From assembly GCA_038041995.1 (NCBI GenBank), contig JBBTFF010000050.1, forward strand, positions 7,176-67,976: a stretch of DNA of 60,801 bases, written 5' to 3'. The notes under the pieces are model-generated. The model had not been told where the DNA came from and did not search any database. It saw only the letters and a list, made by a program, of their open reading frames with translations. This DNA is from Gemmatimonadota bacterium (lineage in GTDB: Bacteria; Gemmatimonadota; Gemmatimonadetes; Gemmatimonadales; Gemmatimonadaceae). The position numbers and the translations under genes were made by a program. Of this stretch, positions 19,799 through 30,300 are shown in pieces. Numbering within the stretch: the stretch's first letter is position 1; the number at the start of each line of letters is the position of its first letter.

Positions 19799-20722
19799 AT
19801 GACCAAGATGTTCCGTTCCGCCTTCCGCGCGGCTGCGATGGGTGCGCTGGCAGTGTCACTGACGGGATGCTCCATCAGGATGATGGCCATCAACTCGCTG
19901 GGGGATGCCCTCGCCTCGGGCAGCACGTCGACGTTCGCCAGAGACGACGACGCGGAACTCGTCCGCGATGCTGTGCCTTTCGCGCTCAAGACGATCGAGA
20001 GCCTGATCGAGCAGTCGCCGAAACACCAGGGCCTGCTCACGGCAGCGACCAGTGGCTTTACGCAGTACGGCTTCGCATTCATCCAGCAGGAAGCCGACTT
20101 CGTCGAGGCGCAGGATCTGGACCGCGCCACGCGGATGCGGTCACGCGCCAAGAAGCTGTACCTGCGGGCGGTTGAGTACGGGTTGCGGGGTCTCGAACTC
20201 GATCTCCCCGGCTTCCGCCAACGGCTCGCCACCGATCCGGATGCGGCCGTGGCGAACACCACCAGGAAACACATCCCGCTGCTCTACTGGACCGGCTCGG
20301 CATGGGCGGCGGCATTCGCGCTGGATGTGAACGACGCCGAGTTGTCCATCCGGCAGTCGGCCATCGAGAAGATGATGCGGCGTGCGCTTTCGCTGGACGA
20401 GACCTGGGACAACGGCTCGCTCCACGACTTCTTCATCTCGTGGGAAGCTGGGCACGCCTCGGCTGGCGGGTCGATGGCCAAGGCCCGGGATCACTTCGCG
20501 CAGGCCGTGCGCCTGTCGGGCGGGGCGCGCCTGTCGCCGTACGTCTCGCTGGCCGAGTCGGTGTCGATCAACGAGAACAACAAGAAGGAATTCGAAGCTG
20601 TCCTCAACCAGGCGTTGGCTATCGACATCAACAAGTCGCCCGACCAGAAGCTGGCCAATGTCATCAGCCAGCGGCGCGCGCGGTGGCTTCTCGACCGGAT
20701 TGACGACTTGTTCGTCGACTAG
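19799..20722 (+). CDS. TRAP-transporter TatT-component-family TPR lipoprotein
   Basis: AGGAGG lies 5 nt upstream of ATG 19799. Lipobox SLTGC is present. MAINSLGDALASG...FARDDDAELVRDAVPFALKTIESL... is typical of TatT (T. pallidum Tp0956-like). The gene sits immediately upstream of the DctP/DctQM genes. Confidence 0.75.
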   Translation: MTKMFRSAFRAAAMGALAVSLTGCSIRMMAINSLGDALASGSTSTFARDDDAELVRDAVPFALKTIESLIEQSPKHQGLLTAATSGFTQYGFAFIQQEADFVEAQDLDRATRMRSRAKKLYLRAVEYGLRGLELDLPGFRQRLATDPDAAVANTTRKHIPLLYWTGSAWAAAFALDVNDAELSIRQSAIEKMMRRALSLDETWDNGSLHDFFISWEAGHASAGGSMAKARDHFAQAVRLSGGARLSPYVSLAESVSINENNKKEFEAVLNQALAIDINKSPDQKLANVISQRRARWLLDRIDDLFVD

Positions 20723-20737
20723 ATTCCAGACTCACCT

Positions 20738-21766
20738 ATGACACGAAAACAATCGCTGCTTCTCGCTCTGGTCCTCGCCTTCGTGGCGGGCATCGTGGCG
20801 CCTGCCGGGGCTCAGGCGACGGTCACCGTCAAGATGGCCACCCTGGTGCCGGAGAACTCATCCTGGTTCCTCGTGTTGAAGGAGGTCGCCGACAAGTGGA
20901 ACAGGATTTCGGGTGGCAAGGTCCGGGTCCTCCTCTACCCCGGCGGCCGGCAAGGCGACGATCCCGACGTGGTGCGCAAGATGAACCTCGGCACGCTCAA
21001 CGCGGGTGTCCTGACGTCGGCGGGCATTGCCGAGATCGACCGGGGGGTATACGCGCTCAGCATCCCGATGGCCTTCCACGATTACGACGAGGCCTACGCC
21101 GTGCTGGAGAAGATGCGGCCGAAGCTCGAGTCGGCGATGGAAGCCAAGGGATACATCGTGCTTAACTGGGCCGATGGCGGGTGGAACCACTTCTTCGCGA
21201 AGTCGCCGATCACGGTGCCCGACGACATGAAGAAGATGAAGATGTTCAGCTGGGCGGGTGACCCGAAGACGACCGAGGTCTGGAAGAAGCTCGGGTATGA
21301 TCCCCGGCCGGCGCCATCGACGGAACTCACCACGGGCTTGCAGACGGGCCTCTTCGAGACATTCCTCGCGCCACCGCAGGTGTCGGTGATCACGCGCTAC
21401 TACGAACACGCGAAGTTCATGACCGACCTGGATTGGCAGCTGCTCATCGGCGCCACGGTCATCAGGAAGGAGACGTGGGAGCGGATCCCCGCCGACCTTC
21501 GGCCGCAGTTGTTGCAGGTGGCGCAGGAAGCCGGAACGAAGCTGCGGCAATCGATCCGCTCGGGCGGACCACGCGATGTCGACGCCATGAAGAAGGCCGG
21601 ACTGACGGTTGTGCCGGTGGATGCGAAGGCCAGGGACATCTGGCGTCGCATGGCCGAGTCGTCGTATCCGCAGGTTCGCGGTGTCGCCGTACCCGCGGAC
21701 GCGTTCGACGACGCGTTGCGGTTCCGTGACGAGTATCGCCGACAGCGCGGCGCGGTCAGGAAGTGA
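20738..21766 (+). CDS. TRAP transporter substrate-binding protein (DctP family)
   Basis: Signal peptide MTRKQSLLLALVLAFVAGIVAPAGAQA. DctP-like body: VKMATLVPENSSW...LYPGG..GDD.D.VRKM..G.L. Operon context also fits. Confidence 0.8.
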   Translation: MTRKQSLLLALVLAFVAGIVAPAGAQATVTVKMATLVPENSSWFLVLKEVADKWNRISGGKVRVLLYPGGRQGDDPDVVRKMNLGTLNAGVLTSAGIAEIDRGVYALSIPMAFHDYDEAYAVLEKMRPKLESAMEAKGYIVLNWADGGWNHFFAKSPITVPDDMKKMKMFSWAGDPKTTEVWKKLGYDPRPAPSTELTTGLQTGLFETFLAPPQVSVITRYYEHAKFMTDLDWQLLIGATVIRKETWERIPADLRPQLLQVAQEAGTKLRQSIRSGGPRDVDAMKKAGLTVVPVDAKARDIWRRMAESSYPQVRGVAVPADAFDDALRFRDEYRRQRGAVRK

Positions 21767-23586
21767 AGTTCCCCTCCACGCTGTTCAGGCGCACGGAGCA
21801 GGGAATCCTGGTGGCTACGCTCGGCCTGGCCACCCTCCTTCCGCTGATCGATGCGATCGGCCGGCCGCTGGGCGGATTCCATCTTTATGGATCGGCGGCG
21901 TACCTGCAACAGCTGACGCTGTGGCTCGCGTTCGTCGGTGGGATGGCGGCCACGGGACAGGCCAAGCACCTCACACTCTCGACGTCGGAGTTCTTTGACG
22001 AAGGCCTGATGCGGCGTCTCTCGCGATTGATGGCCTACTCGGTGGCCGCCGCGGTCGTCGGCATCCTCGCCTACGCCAGCACGCAGGTCGTGCTGGCCAA
22101 TAGGCTCGAACCAAAGATGCTGCCCATCGGCATCCCCGAATGGGTAAGCGAGATCATCATGCCCGTCTCACTGGGCATCATGGCGCTGCAGTTCGTGTGG
22201 AATGCGTCGGACAAGTGGTGGGGACGCGGAGTTGCCCTTGCGGCCGTCGGCGGTGCGTTTGCCCTTGGCCTGGTGCCGCCGGAAGTTGCAACCCATCTCT
22301 GGCCGCTGGCCCTGCTGGTGCTCGCCGCTGCCCTGCTCGGCGCGCCGGTGTTCGTAGCGATGGGCGGCATCGCGATCGTGCTCTTCTTCAGCGAAAGTAC
22401 GCCCGTGGCCGCCGTGTCGGCCGAAGTCTATAGGCTGATCGCGTCGCCGACATTGCCGGCGATCCCGCTGCTCACTGCGGCTGGGTATGTACTCGCCGAG
22501 AGCGCCGCGGCCGAGCGACTCGTCCGGTTCTTCCGCGCCGTCTTCGGGTGGATGCCCGGCGGGATTGCCATCATGGTGGTCGCCGTCTGCGCACTGTTCA
22601 CGACGTTCACCGGCGGGTCGGGCATCACGATCATCGCCCTGGGCGGCCTGGTGTATCCGATCTTGAGGAAGGACGGATACTCCGAGGGCTTCTCGCTCGG
22701 CCTCGTGACGGCCTCGGGTTCGCTGGGACTGCTCTTCCCGCCCAGCCTACCGGTCATTCTCTACAGCGTCGTTGCCAGTTCCCGCGACGCAACGGTGCCG
22801 GCCGACCAGCTCTTCATTGCCGGCCTGTTGCCCGGACTCCTGCTCGTGGTCCTCACGGCCGGGTACGGGATCATCGTGGGGCGGCACGTGGAACGCGAGA
22901 AGATAACGTTCTCGTGGCGCGAAGTGGCGGCGTCCGCCTGGCTTGCCAAGTGGGAAGTGATGCTCCCCGTGATGATTGTCGCGCTGTTCCTCACCGGTTC
23001 GGCGACGATGATCGAGACCGCGGCAGCGGCGCTGGCCTACACCGTGATCGTGGAGTGCTTCATCACGAAGGACATCAAGCTGTTCTCGGAGCTGCCCGAC
23101 GTGCTGCTGAAGGCCGCCGCGCTGATGGGCGCGGTGCTCATCCTGCTGGCCGTCGCCATGGGCCTGACCAATTACCTGGTCGACGCCATGATCCCGGACG
23201 CCATTCTCGCGTGGGTGAAGCTCCACATCCACTCGCCCATGGTGTTCCTGCTGGCCCTCAATGGGCTGTTGCTGGTCCTGGGCAGCGTGCTCGAGATCTA
23301 CTCGGCCATCATCATCCTCGCCCCGTTGATTGCACCGATGGGCGTGGCATTTGGCATCGACCCGGTTCACCTCGGCGTGATCTTCCTCGCCAATCTCGAG
23401 CTGGGATTCCTGATGCCGCCGGTCGGCCTGAATCTCTTCCTCTCATCGTCGCGATTCAACCAGCCGCTGACGAGCCTGTACCGGCACATCCTGCCGTTCC
23501 TGGTCATCACGGGCGTGGGTGTCCTGCTGATCACCTACATGCCGTGGATGTCGCTGGGCGTGTTGAAACTGCTGGGCAAGCATTAG
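21763..23586 (+). CDS. TRAP transporter fused small/large permease (DctQ-DctM fusion)
   Basis: GTG 21763 overlaps the DctP stop (GTGA). A DctQ-like 4-TM N-terminus is followed by a DctM-like ~12-TM body (FTTFTGGSGITIIALGGLVYPIL, GSLGLLFPPSLPVILY, PPVGLNLFL). Confidence 0.85.
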   Translation: MKFPSTLFRRTEQGILVATLGLATLLPLIDAIGRPLGGFHLYGSAAYLQQLTLWLAFVGGMAATGQAKHLTLSTSEFFDEGLMRRLSRLMAYSVAAAVVGILAYASTQVVLANRLEPKMLPIGIPEWVSEIIMPVSLGIMALQFVWNASDKWWGRGVALAAVGGAFALGLVPPEVATHLWPLALLVLAAALLGAPVFVAMGGIAIVLFFSESTPVAAVSAEVYRLIASPTLPAIPLLTAAGYVLAESAAAERLVRFFRAVFGWMPGGIAIMVVAVCALFTTFTGGSGITIIALGGLVYPILRKDGYSEGFSLGLVTASGSLGLLFPPSLPVILYSVVASSRDATVPADQLFIAGLLPGLLLVVLTAGYGIIVGRHVEREKITFSWREVAASAWLAKWEVMLPVMIVALFLTGSATMIETAAAALAYTVIVECFITKDIKLFSELPDVLLKAAALMGAVLILLAVAMGLTNYLVDAMIPDAILAWVKLHIHSPMVFLLALNGLLLVLGSVLEIYSAIIILAPLIAPMGVAFGIDPVHLGVIFLANLELGFLMPPVGLNLFLSSSRFNQPLTSLYRHILPFLVITGVGVLLITYMPWMSLGVLKLLGKH

Positions 23587-23604
23587 GGGCCAAGCCGAGT
23601 CGGG

Positions 23605-23796
23605 TCAACCGGTACCCTTGGCCGATCGAAAGGCCCAGACCGACATGGCCAATAGAATGACGAACGCACAAGCGGAAACCCACACCGGTATGGTGATGTC
23701 GGCCACTTGAACCGGCAATTGCAGGTACGCGCGAATGAGCTGTCCTGCAGCGGCTAATCCGAAGAGCGCTCCCGAGACCTGTGCATAGCGACGCAT
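23605..23796 (-). CDS. Hypothetical small membrane protein (63 aa, 2 TM helices)
   Basis: ATG 23796 is preceded by GGGAGG. Product: MRRYAQVSGALFGLAAAGQLIRAYLQLPVQVADITIPVWVSACAFVILLAMSVWAFRSAKGTG. Confidence 0.45.
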   Translation of the reverse strand: MRRYAQVSGALFGLAAAGQLIRAYLQLPVQVADITIPVWVSACAFVILLAMSVWAFRSAKGTG

Positions 23797-24071
23797 GTTG
23801 CCTCCCTTGTCGCATGGTGCGTGTGCCTGATGAATGGCGTTTTCCGACTGCGTATTCAAATAGACGCTGTCGCGCGCGGGCCGCCAGTCCGAACGCCGGC
23901 ATGCTGGCGCGCGGCAGGGATCTCCGTGAAGTGATCTCCAGCCTGGATCTTGTGCCACTCCCCAAACACGACCACGGCCTCCACGCCTTGTCAGCACCGA
24001 CGTGGAGCGGCAGAATCCCCTGATGATCCGCCCACACCCCTCCCACGCGGAACCGCGCCGAGGCTGAGTCC

Positions 24072-24338
24072 ATGTGCCGCAACATCAGGACGCTGGCCAA
24101 CTTCGAACCGCCGGCCAGCGATGGCGAGTGCCGCGTGGCCGCCCTGCAGTTCGTTCGCAAGCTCAGCGGCGCCACCCGCCCGTCACGCGCCAACGAGGCC
24201 GCCTTCAACCGCGCCGTTGATGAAGTCAGCACCGCAGTCCAGCGACTCATCCAGTCGCTCGAGACGAAATCTCCGCCACGCGATCGACTCGTCGAGGCGG
24301 AGAAGGCTCGTCTGCGCGCCCAGAAACGACTCTCCTGA
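24072..24338 (+). CDS. DUF2277-family protein
   Basis: MCRNIRTLANFEPPASDGECRVAALQFVRKLSG... matches the conserved DUF2277 N-terminus (MCRNI.TL.NFEPPAT..E...AALQ(Y/F)VRK) recalled from memory. Confidence 0.7.
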   Translation: MCRNIRTLANFEPPASDGECRVAALQFVRKLSGATRPSRANEAAFNRAVDEVSTAVQRLIQSLETKSPPRDRLVEAEKARLRAQKRLS

Positions 24339-24455
24339 CCGCGCCGCCGACAGTACCCACTGCCTGCCGGGTTCGAGCGTCGCCCGGGGATAGTTCAGTC
24401 CGTTTGGCGCCTCCGCCACGGTGTCGCTGTCGAGTCGTTCACGGGGACGGTCATG

Positions 24456-24893
24456 TCAGGTCGCCGCCCCCATTCCGAGCACCAGCTTCGCAATCGCCCC
24501 GACCATCATCAACGGAATCGGCAGCAGCGTAAGTCCAATGGAGAACACGTACCCGTAGCGGAACATCACCGGCGCGATGTCGGGTGCGCGAATGCCAATG
24601 GTGCGGCGCAACATCAGGTCGGCCACCGGCCCGAGCGTGTAACAGACGTTCGCCAGGAACCCGTACACGATGACACCCACGACCTCGCTCGGCATGGTGC
24701 CTGGCGACAGCAGCATTCCCAGCGCCGCTCCCACTCCCAGCGTCAGCAGCCCCGCCACTCCCACACTCACGTTGTACATCAGCCGCCGCCGCTCCCACCA
24801 GCCGATCACCTGCAGCGGGCTGCGCGGATAGTACAGCGGCGTGAAGAACCACTTCTCCACCGTGGTCACTGGCGGTCTCCACTCGACGTCCAT
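24456..24893 (-). CDS. Hypothetical membrane protein (4 TM helices)
   Basis: 145-aa ORF MDVEWRPPVTTVEKWFFTPLYYPRSPLQVIGWWERRRLMYNVSVGVAGLL.... Hydrophobic, no recognised family. Confidence 0.5.
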   Translation of the reverse strand: MDVEWRPPVTTVEKWFFTPLYYPRSPLQVIGWWERRRLMYNVSVGVAGLLTLGVGAALGMLLSPGTMPSEVVGVIVYGFLANVCYTLGPVADLMLRRTIGIRAPDIAPVMFRYGYVFSIGLTLLPIPLMMVGAIAKLVLGMGAAT

Positions 24894-25071
24894 GAATCTA
24901 CTTTACATTTCAAAGTGCCGGTGCGCAAGGGCGGAGCGCCACGCCCGCTGATCCGGGTGATCCGGGTCACGCGTGGTCGTCGGCATCCCCTCTCGTCCCG
25001 CACCCGAACTGGCGCCCGCCTCCGCTCCCCGCGACATTCTCAGGGCCACGTTCACCCCTGCCGCCTACTAT

Positions 25072-27132
25072 ATGAAGAGCGCCTGCTTCGCCCTCCTCGT
25101 CGCCCTCCCCCTTACAGCCCAGGCACCGCGCCTGATCCCCGTCCCGCGTGAGTTCACCGCCGGTCCTGCCGTTCCGCTCAAGGGCACCGTCGCCATCACC
25201 GCCGGCATCAACAAGGCCGACAGGTTCGCCGCTGCCGACCTCTCTACGACACTGAAAGAGCGCGGCGTGAAGCTCAGCCCCGCCGACGGCGGCCTTCGCA
25301 TCCAGCTCCTCCGCTCCTCCACCACCGCGGCCAAGGCGCTGCTCGCGAAGCACAAGCTGGCGTTCACCGGCGAGATGACCGGCGAAGGCTACGTCGTCGT
25401 GGCCGAGCCGAGGTCCATCCACGTCATCGGCGCCTCCGACGCGGGCATCTTCTACGGCGCGCAAACTGCCGGACAGCTGGTCACCAGCCACGGCGCGTCG
25501 ATGGCCGTGCAGACCGGTGTCATCCGCGACTGGCCCGCCATGCGATGGCGTGGCTTTCACGACGACCTGTCGCGCGGCCCGGTGCCAACACTCGAGTTCC
25601 AGAAGCACATCGTCCGCACCCTCGCGGCGTTCAAGATGAACGCCTACTCGCCCTACTTTGAACAGACGCTTGCCTACAACGCCGACCCGCTGATCGGCCC
25701 GCCGGGTGGCGCGATGACGCACGAGCAAGTGAAGGAACTCGTCGCGTACGCCAAGCCGCTTCACGTCGAGATCATCCCGGAACAGGAAGCATTCGGCCAC
25801 CTGCACCACGCGCTCAAGTACGAGATCTACAGCCAGGTCGCCGAGACGCCCCATGGCCACGTGCTCGCCCCGGGCCAGCCCGAGTCGATAAACATCATCA
25901 AGCGGTGGTTTGCCGAGATCGATTCCCTTTTCCCGTCGCAGTTCGTGCACCTGGGCGCTGACGAGACATTCGAGCTGGGCAAGGGCCAGACCAAGGCAGC
26001 CGTCGAGAAGGACGGCATCGGCCCGACGTACCTGAAATTCCTCGCCGACATCCAGACCCAACTGCGCGCGCAGGGCAGCAGGAAGACCTTCCTGTTCTGG
26101 GGCGACATCGCCATGAACTCCCCCGAGCTGGTGAAGTCCCTCCCCAAGGACATGATCGCCGTCGCCTGGAACTACTGGAGCACCTCCGGCTTCGAGCGCT
26201 GGCTCACGCCGTTCTCCGGCAGCGGCATGCAGACCTGGGTTGCGCCCGGCGTCAGCAACTGGTCGATGACGTACCCCGACAACAACACGGCGCTCAAGAA
26301 CATCCAGGGATTCGTGCGCGACGGGCAGAAGATGGGTGCCACCGGCATGCTCAACACGAGCTGGGGTGACGACGGCGAGGAGATCTTCAACCAGACCTGG
26401 TACGGCGTCATCTTCGGCGCCGCTGCATCGTGGCAGAGCGGAGAGTCGTCCATTGCCGACTACCAGAGTGCCTACGGCCTGCGGTTCCACGGTGACACCA
26501 CCGGCAAGATCGACGCCGCGCAGCAGCACCTGATGATGGCCCACGCCGCGCTCGGCAAGGCAGGCGCCGGCAACGGCCACGACTTTCTTTACTGGGTCGA
26601 CCCGTACTCCCCGGAAGGCATGGAGATCGCGAAGAAGATCCGCGTCGCCGCTCCGGAACTGCGCATCCACGCAGAATCGGCGTCGGTGCTCATCGCCCAG
26701 GCACGGCGCATCCAGCCGCACCTGCGCGAGCAGGACGCGCTCGACGCCATGGACATGGGCGCCCGCCGCCTCGACCTCATCGGCATGAAGTTCCAGTTCG
26801 CCGACGAGATGGTGAGGTTCTACGCGGCCACCATCGACCCGGCGCGCACCACACCGGTGAGCTGGATCGAACTTTCCGAACTCTCTGGCATCAACGGCCG
26901 ATTGCAGACCATGCGTGAGGCCTACGTCCTCGGCCGCGAACTGTACGAGAAGAGCTGGCGCGCCGAGAACCGGCCGTACTGGCTGCACAATGTGCTTGCC
27001 CGCTACGACTCGGCTATCCAATTGTGGTGGAACCGTTCGCTGGCGGTCGATGCCGCCCGGCGCGAGTTCAGCCGCACCAGGAAGGTGCCGCCGCCAGAGC
27101 GGATGGGAATCCCCGCAGCGATGCCGCACTAG
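25072..27132 (+). CDS. GH20 beta-N-acetylhexosaminidase, secreted
   Basis: ATG 25072 gives signal peptide MKSACFALLVALPLTAQA. GH20 blocks are present: RWRGFHDDLSRGPVPTLEFQKHIVRTLAAFKMN, HVEIIPEQEAFGHL and the catalytic pair in FVHLGADETFELG. Confidence 0.85.
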   Translation: MKSACFALLVALPLTAQAPRLIPVPREFTAGPAVPLKGTVAITAGINKADRFAAADLSTTLKERGVKLSPADGGLRIQLLRSSTTAAKALLAKHKLAFTGEMTGEGYVVVAEPRSIHVIGASDAGIFYGAQTAGQLVTSHGASMAVQTGVIRDWPAMRWRGFHDDLSRGPVPTLEFQKHIVRTLAAFKMNAYSPYFEQTLAYNADPLIGPPGGAMTHEQVKELVAYAKPLHVEIIPEQEAFGHLHHALKYEIYSQVAETPHGHVLAPGQPESINIIKRWFAEIDSLFPSQFVHLGADETFELGKGQTKAAVEKDGIGPTYLKFLADIQTQLRAQGSRKTFLFWGDIAMNSPELVKSLPKDMIAVAWNYWSTSGFERWLTPFSGSGMQTWVAPGVSNWSMTYPDNNTALKNIQGFVRDGQKMGATGMLNTSWGDDGEEIFNQTWYGVIFGAAASWQSGESSIADYQSAYGLRFHGDTTGKIDAAQQHLMMAHAALGKAGAGNGHDFLYWVDPYSPEGMEIAKKIRVAAPELRIHAESASVLIAQARRIQPHLREQDALDAMDMGARRLDLIGMKFQFADEMVRFYAATIDPARTTPVSWIELSELSGINGRLQTMREAYVLGRELYEKSWRAENRPYWLHNVLARYDSAIQLWWNRSLAVDAARREFSRTRKVPPPERMGIPAAMPH

Positions 27133-27167
27133 GACGGCAGGCGGCAGTAAACGGACGGCGTAGAGCG

Positions 27168-27201
27168 TACGGCGTACAACCTACAGGTGCTGTACGCCGT
27201 A
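27168..27201 (+). terminator. Hairpin downstream of the GH20 gene (possible intrinsic terminator)
   Basis: TACGGCGTACA (27168-27178) pairs perfectly with TGTACGCCGTA (27191-27201) across a 12-nt loop. It lies 36 nt after the stop. There is no strong T-tract (ttgcttccc). Confidence 0.4.
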
Positions 27202-27313
27202 TTGCTTCCCGAGCAACTCCAGCTTGCCTCCTGCCCAACACTATAGTTGCGCCGAGCGTAGCACACCGAGAGTCACATCGCTTCCACCCCGTTTCCTCCA
27301 GCCCTCACTCATT

Positions 27314-30300
27314 ATGAGATCTGCCCTGAAACTGGTCGTCCTGAGCGTTCTTTGCGCGGCCCCGCTGGCCGCCCAGCTCGATTCGACGACCATCGCCGGC
27401 TTCCGCTGGCGCAACATCGGCCTCGCCAACCACCAGGGACGCACCGTTGACGTCGCCGGCATTCCCTGGCCGTCGCGCACCTTCTACGTGTCATCGGCTG
27501 GCGGTGGGTTGTTCAAGACGACCAATGCGGGAACGACATTCCGCCCAGTCTTCGAGAACGAGCACGTCTCCTCAGGCGGCATGATCGGCATTGCCCCGTC
27601 GGACACCAACACGGTGTACTACGGCACGGGCGAACCGAACTCGCGTAACTCGATCTCGCCGGGTGCCGGTATGTGGAAGACCACCAACGGTGGACGCACC
27701 TGGGAGTTCATCGGCCTCAAGGAAACGCAGCACATCGGCCGTGTGGTCGTCGACCCGTCCAACAAGGACATCGTCTACGTGGCCGCCCTCGGCGCCGCGT
27801 GGGCCACGAACAAGGAACGCGGCCTCTACAAGACGGTGGACGGCGGCAAGACCTGGCAGCTGAAGAAGTTCATCAACGACAGCACGGGTTTCGTGGACGT
27901 CGCGCTCGACCCTCGTGACCCCAGGGTTGTCTGGGCGGCCAGCTACCAGCGCATCCGCGGACCGTACTACCAGTATTCGGGCGGCAAGGGCTCGGCACTC
28001 TGGAAGAGCACCGACGCCGGTGAGACGTTTGCCGAAGTGAAGGGCGGCGGCTTCCCCGAGACCACCAAGGGGCGCATCAGCATCACCATCGCCGCGTCGA
28101 ACCCCGACGTGATGTATGCGATGGTCGAGGCCGACACGGCGCCGAATCCCAAGAAGGACCCCAAGGTCAAGGCACAGAAGTCGCCCAGCGGGCTCTATCG
28201 CTCGGCCGACGGCGGCAAGACCTGGACAAAGATGAGCGATGACAACGTCCGCCCGTTCTACTACTCGCAGGTGCGCGTCGCGCCCAACAACCCGGATCGC
28301 GTGTTCTGGTCGTCCACGCCGGTGAAGCACTCCAGGGACGGCGGCAAGACCGCCGGCAACGCCACGGTCGGCGTGCACGTCGATCACCACGGCATGTGGA
28401 TCGATCCCAGGGACCCCAGTCACATCGTCGTCGCCAACGATGGCGGCGTGGCGCAGTCGTGGGATGACGGCGGCAACTGGGACAACATCAACACGCTGCC
28501 GATCGGCCAGTACTACAACGTGTCGTTCGACAACGCGGTACCGTACAACGTCTGCGGCGGCGCGCAGGACAATGGCTCGTGGTGCGGCCCTTCGCGTCGC
28601 AAGCAGGGGACCATCACCAACTCGATGTGGTTCACGTTCAATGGGGGCGACGGATTCGTGACGGCGCAGGATCCCACGAACCCCGACATCATCTACGGCG
28701 AGTCGCAGGGCGGCAACATCGGCCGCTACCGGGTCTCCACCGGCGAGCGCACCGCCCTCGTGAAGCCGGCGTGGCGCCCGCGGTACATGCAGTGGGAGGA
28801 CTCGATCCTCGTCGACCGGCCCGACACCGCCAAGCCGATGGCCAAGGACCAGGCCAAGCGCCAGGCGGCGCTGCGCGCGGCGCAGAGGAAGGATTCTGTC
28901 GAGTTGGACCTGCGTTGGAACTGGAACACGCCGTTCTTCATTTCGCCGCATAACCCGCAGGTGTTGTACTTCGGCGCCAATCGCGTGCTGAAGTCCACCA
29001 AGCAGGGCAGCGACATGTTCCTCATTTCCCCGGAGTTGTCGTACGCCGACACGATGAAGATCCGCGTGTCGACCAGGACAACGGGCGGCATTACGACCGA
29101 CGCCACCGGCGCCGAGACGTTCGGTACGGTCGTGTCGCTCAACGAGTCGCCGCTGCGCCCCGGCATCCTGTTCGCCGGCACCGATGACGGCCGCTTGTGG
29201 TCGTCGTGGAATGACGGCGGCTCATGGACCGAGCACACCGCGAACGTGAAGGGCGTTCCGGCCGGCACGTATGTGTCGCGTATCGAGCCGTCGCACGTCG
29301 ACTCGCTCACGTTCTACGTCACGTACGACAATCACCGCCGCGGCGACTTCGCCCCTTACGTCGTCATGACGAAGGACGGCGGCAAGAGCTTTGCCTCGAT
29401 CGCCAGCAACCTGCCGACGGGTGGCCCGGACTTCGCGTACGTGATTCGCGAAGACCTGAAGAACCCGAACCTGCTCTTCGTCGGCACCGACGTGGGCGCG
29501 TACGTCTCGTCCAACAAGGGGCAGAGCTGGCAGAAGTTCATGACCGGTCTTCCCACGGTGCCGGTGATGGACCTTGCCATCCACCCGCGCGACGGCGAGC
29601 TGATTGCCGCCACGCACGGGCGCTCGTTCTGGATCGTCGACATCAGCGCGCTGCAGCAGATGGATGCCGCGGTCGTCGCCAAGACAGCGCACCTCTTCAA
29701 GCCGCGCATCGCCTTCCAGTGGGGTGAAAAGCCGTTCAACGGCGAATCGACGGGAAACAGGGTCTTCCAGGTGCCGAGCCCGGCATACGGCGCCGAGATC
29801 ACCTACAAGCTGGCAACGGCCAATCCGGGCCAGGTGCGTATCGTCATCCAGGACGCCTCGGGTGACACGTTGCGCACGCTCAACGGTCCGGGCTCGGCCG
29901 GCATCAATCGCATGACGTGGGACTTCCGTGGCAAGGTGCCGCCGTCGCCCAAGCTGTCGCCGGCTGAGGTGCGTGACTCGATCAGCAGTGTGCGCAAGGT
30001 CATCGCCGCGCTCGACTCGATCGAAAAGGAAGGGACGATAGCCAAGCCGGTGCTCGACCGCATGCGGCAGGGACTCACCGGTAGCGCCGATGCCATGCAG
30101 CAGATGATCACGCAGTTGGGTGGCTTCGGCGGTGGCGGCGGTGGTTTCGGGGCGCAGGCCGGTCGTTGGCAGGATCGCCCCGGTGAGACCCCGGCCGGAG
30201 CGGGCGGCGGTGGGCGTGGCCCGGGTGGCGGTGCGGCCAGCGGTGCCGGGGCTCCGCCCGACATGAACCAGCTTTTCGGCGTGATGCAGGCCGCGCTCGG

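Noticed and set aside
19546-19870. Exact 15-nt repeat tcactgacgggatgc at 19546-19560 (intergenic) and 19856-19870 (TatT lipobox region)
   Set aside because: It is a single short match with no flanking similarity. The expected number of chance 15-mers in 60 kb of GC-biased sequence on both strands is of order one.
23588-23623. Hairpin GGCCAAG...CTTGGCC after the TRAP permease gene as a terminator
   Set aside because: The stem is only 7 bp with a 22-nt loop and no T-tract, and it overlaps the 3' end of the convergent small ORF. That is too weak to call.
24967-27129. 720-aa minus-strand ORF mirroring the GH20 gene. Similar shadows occur at 27572-28951, 49933-51126, 55269-56729 and 58791-60290.
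   Set aside because: Each lies exactly antisense to a CDS with clear catalytic motifs. The translations are low-complexity (R/G/A/D/V/H) with no recognisable domains.
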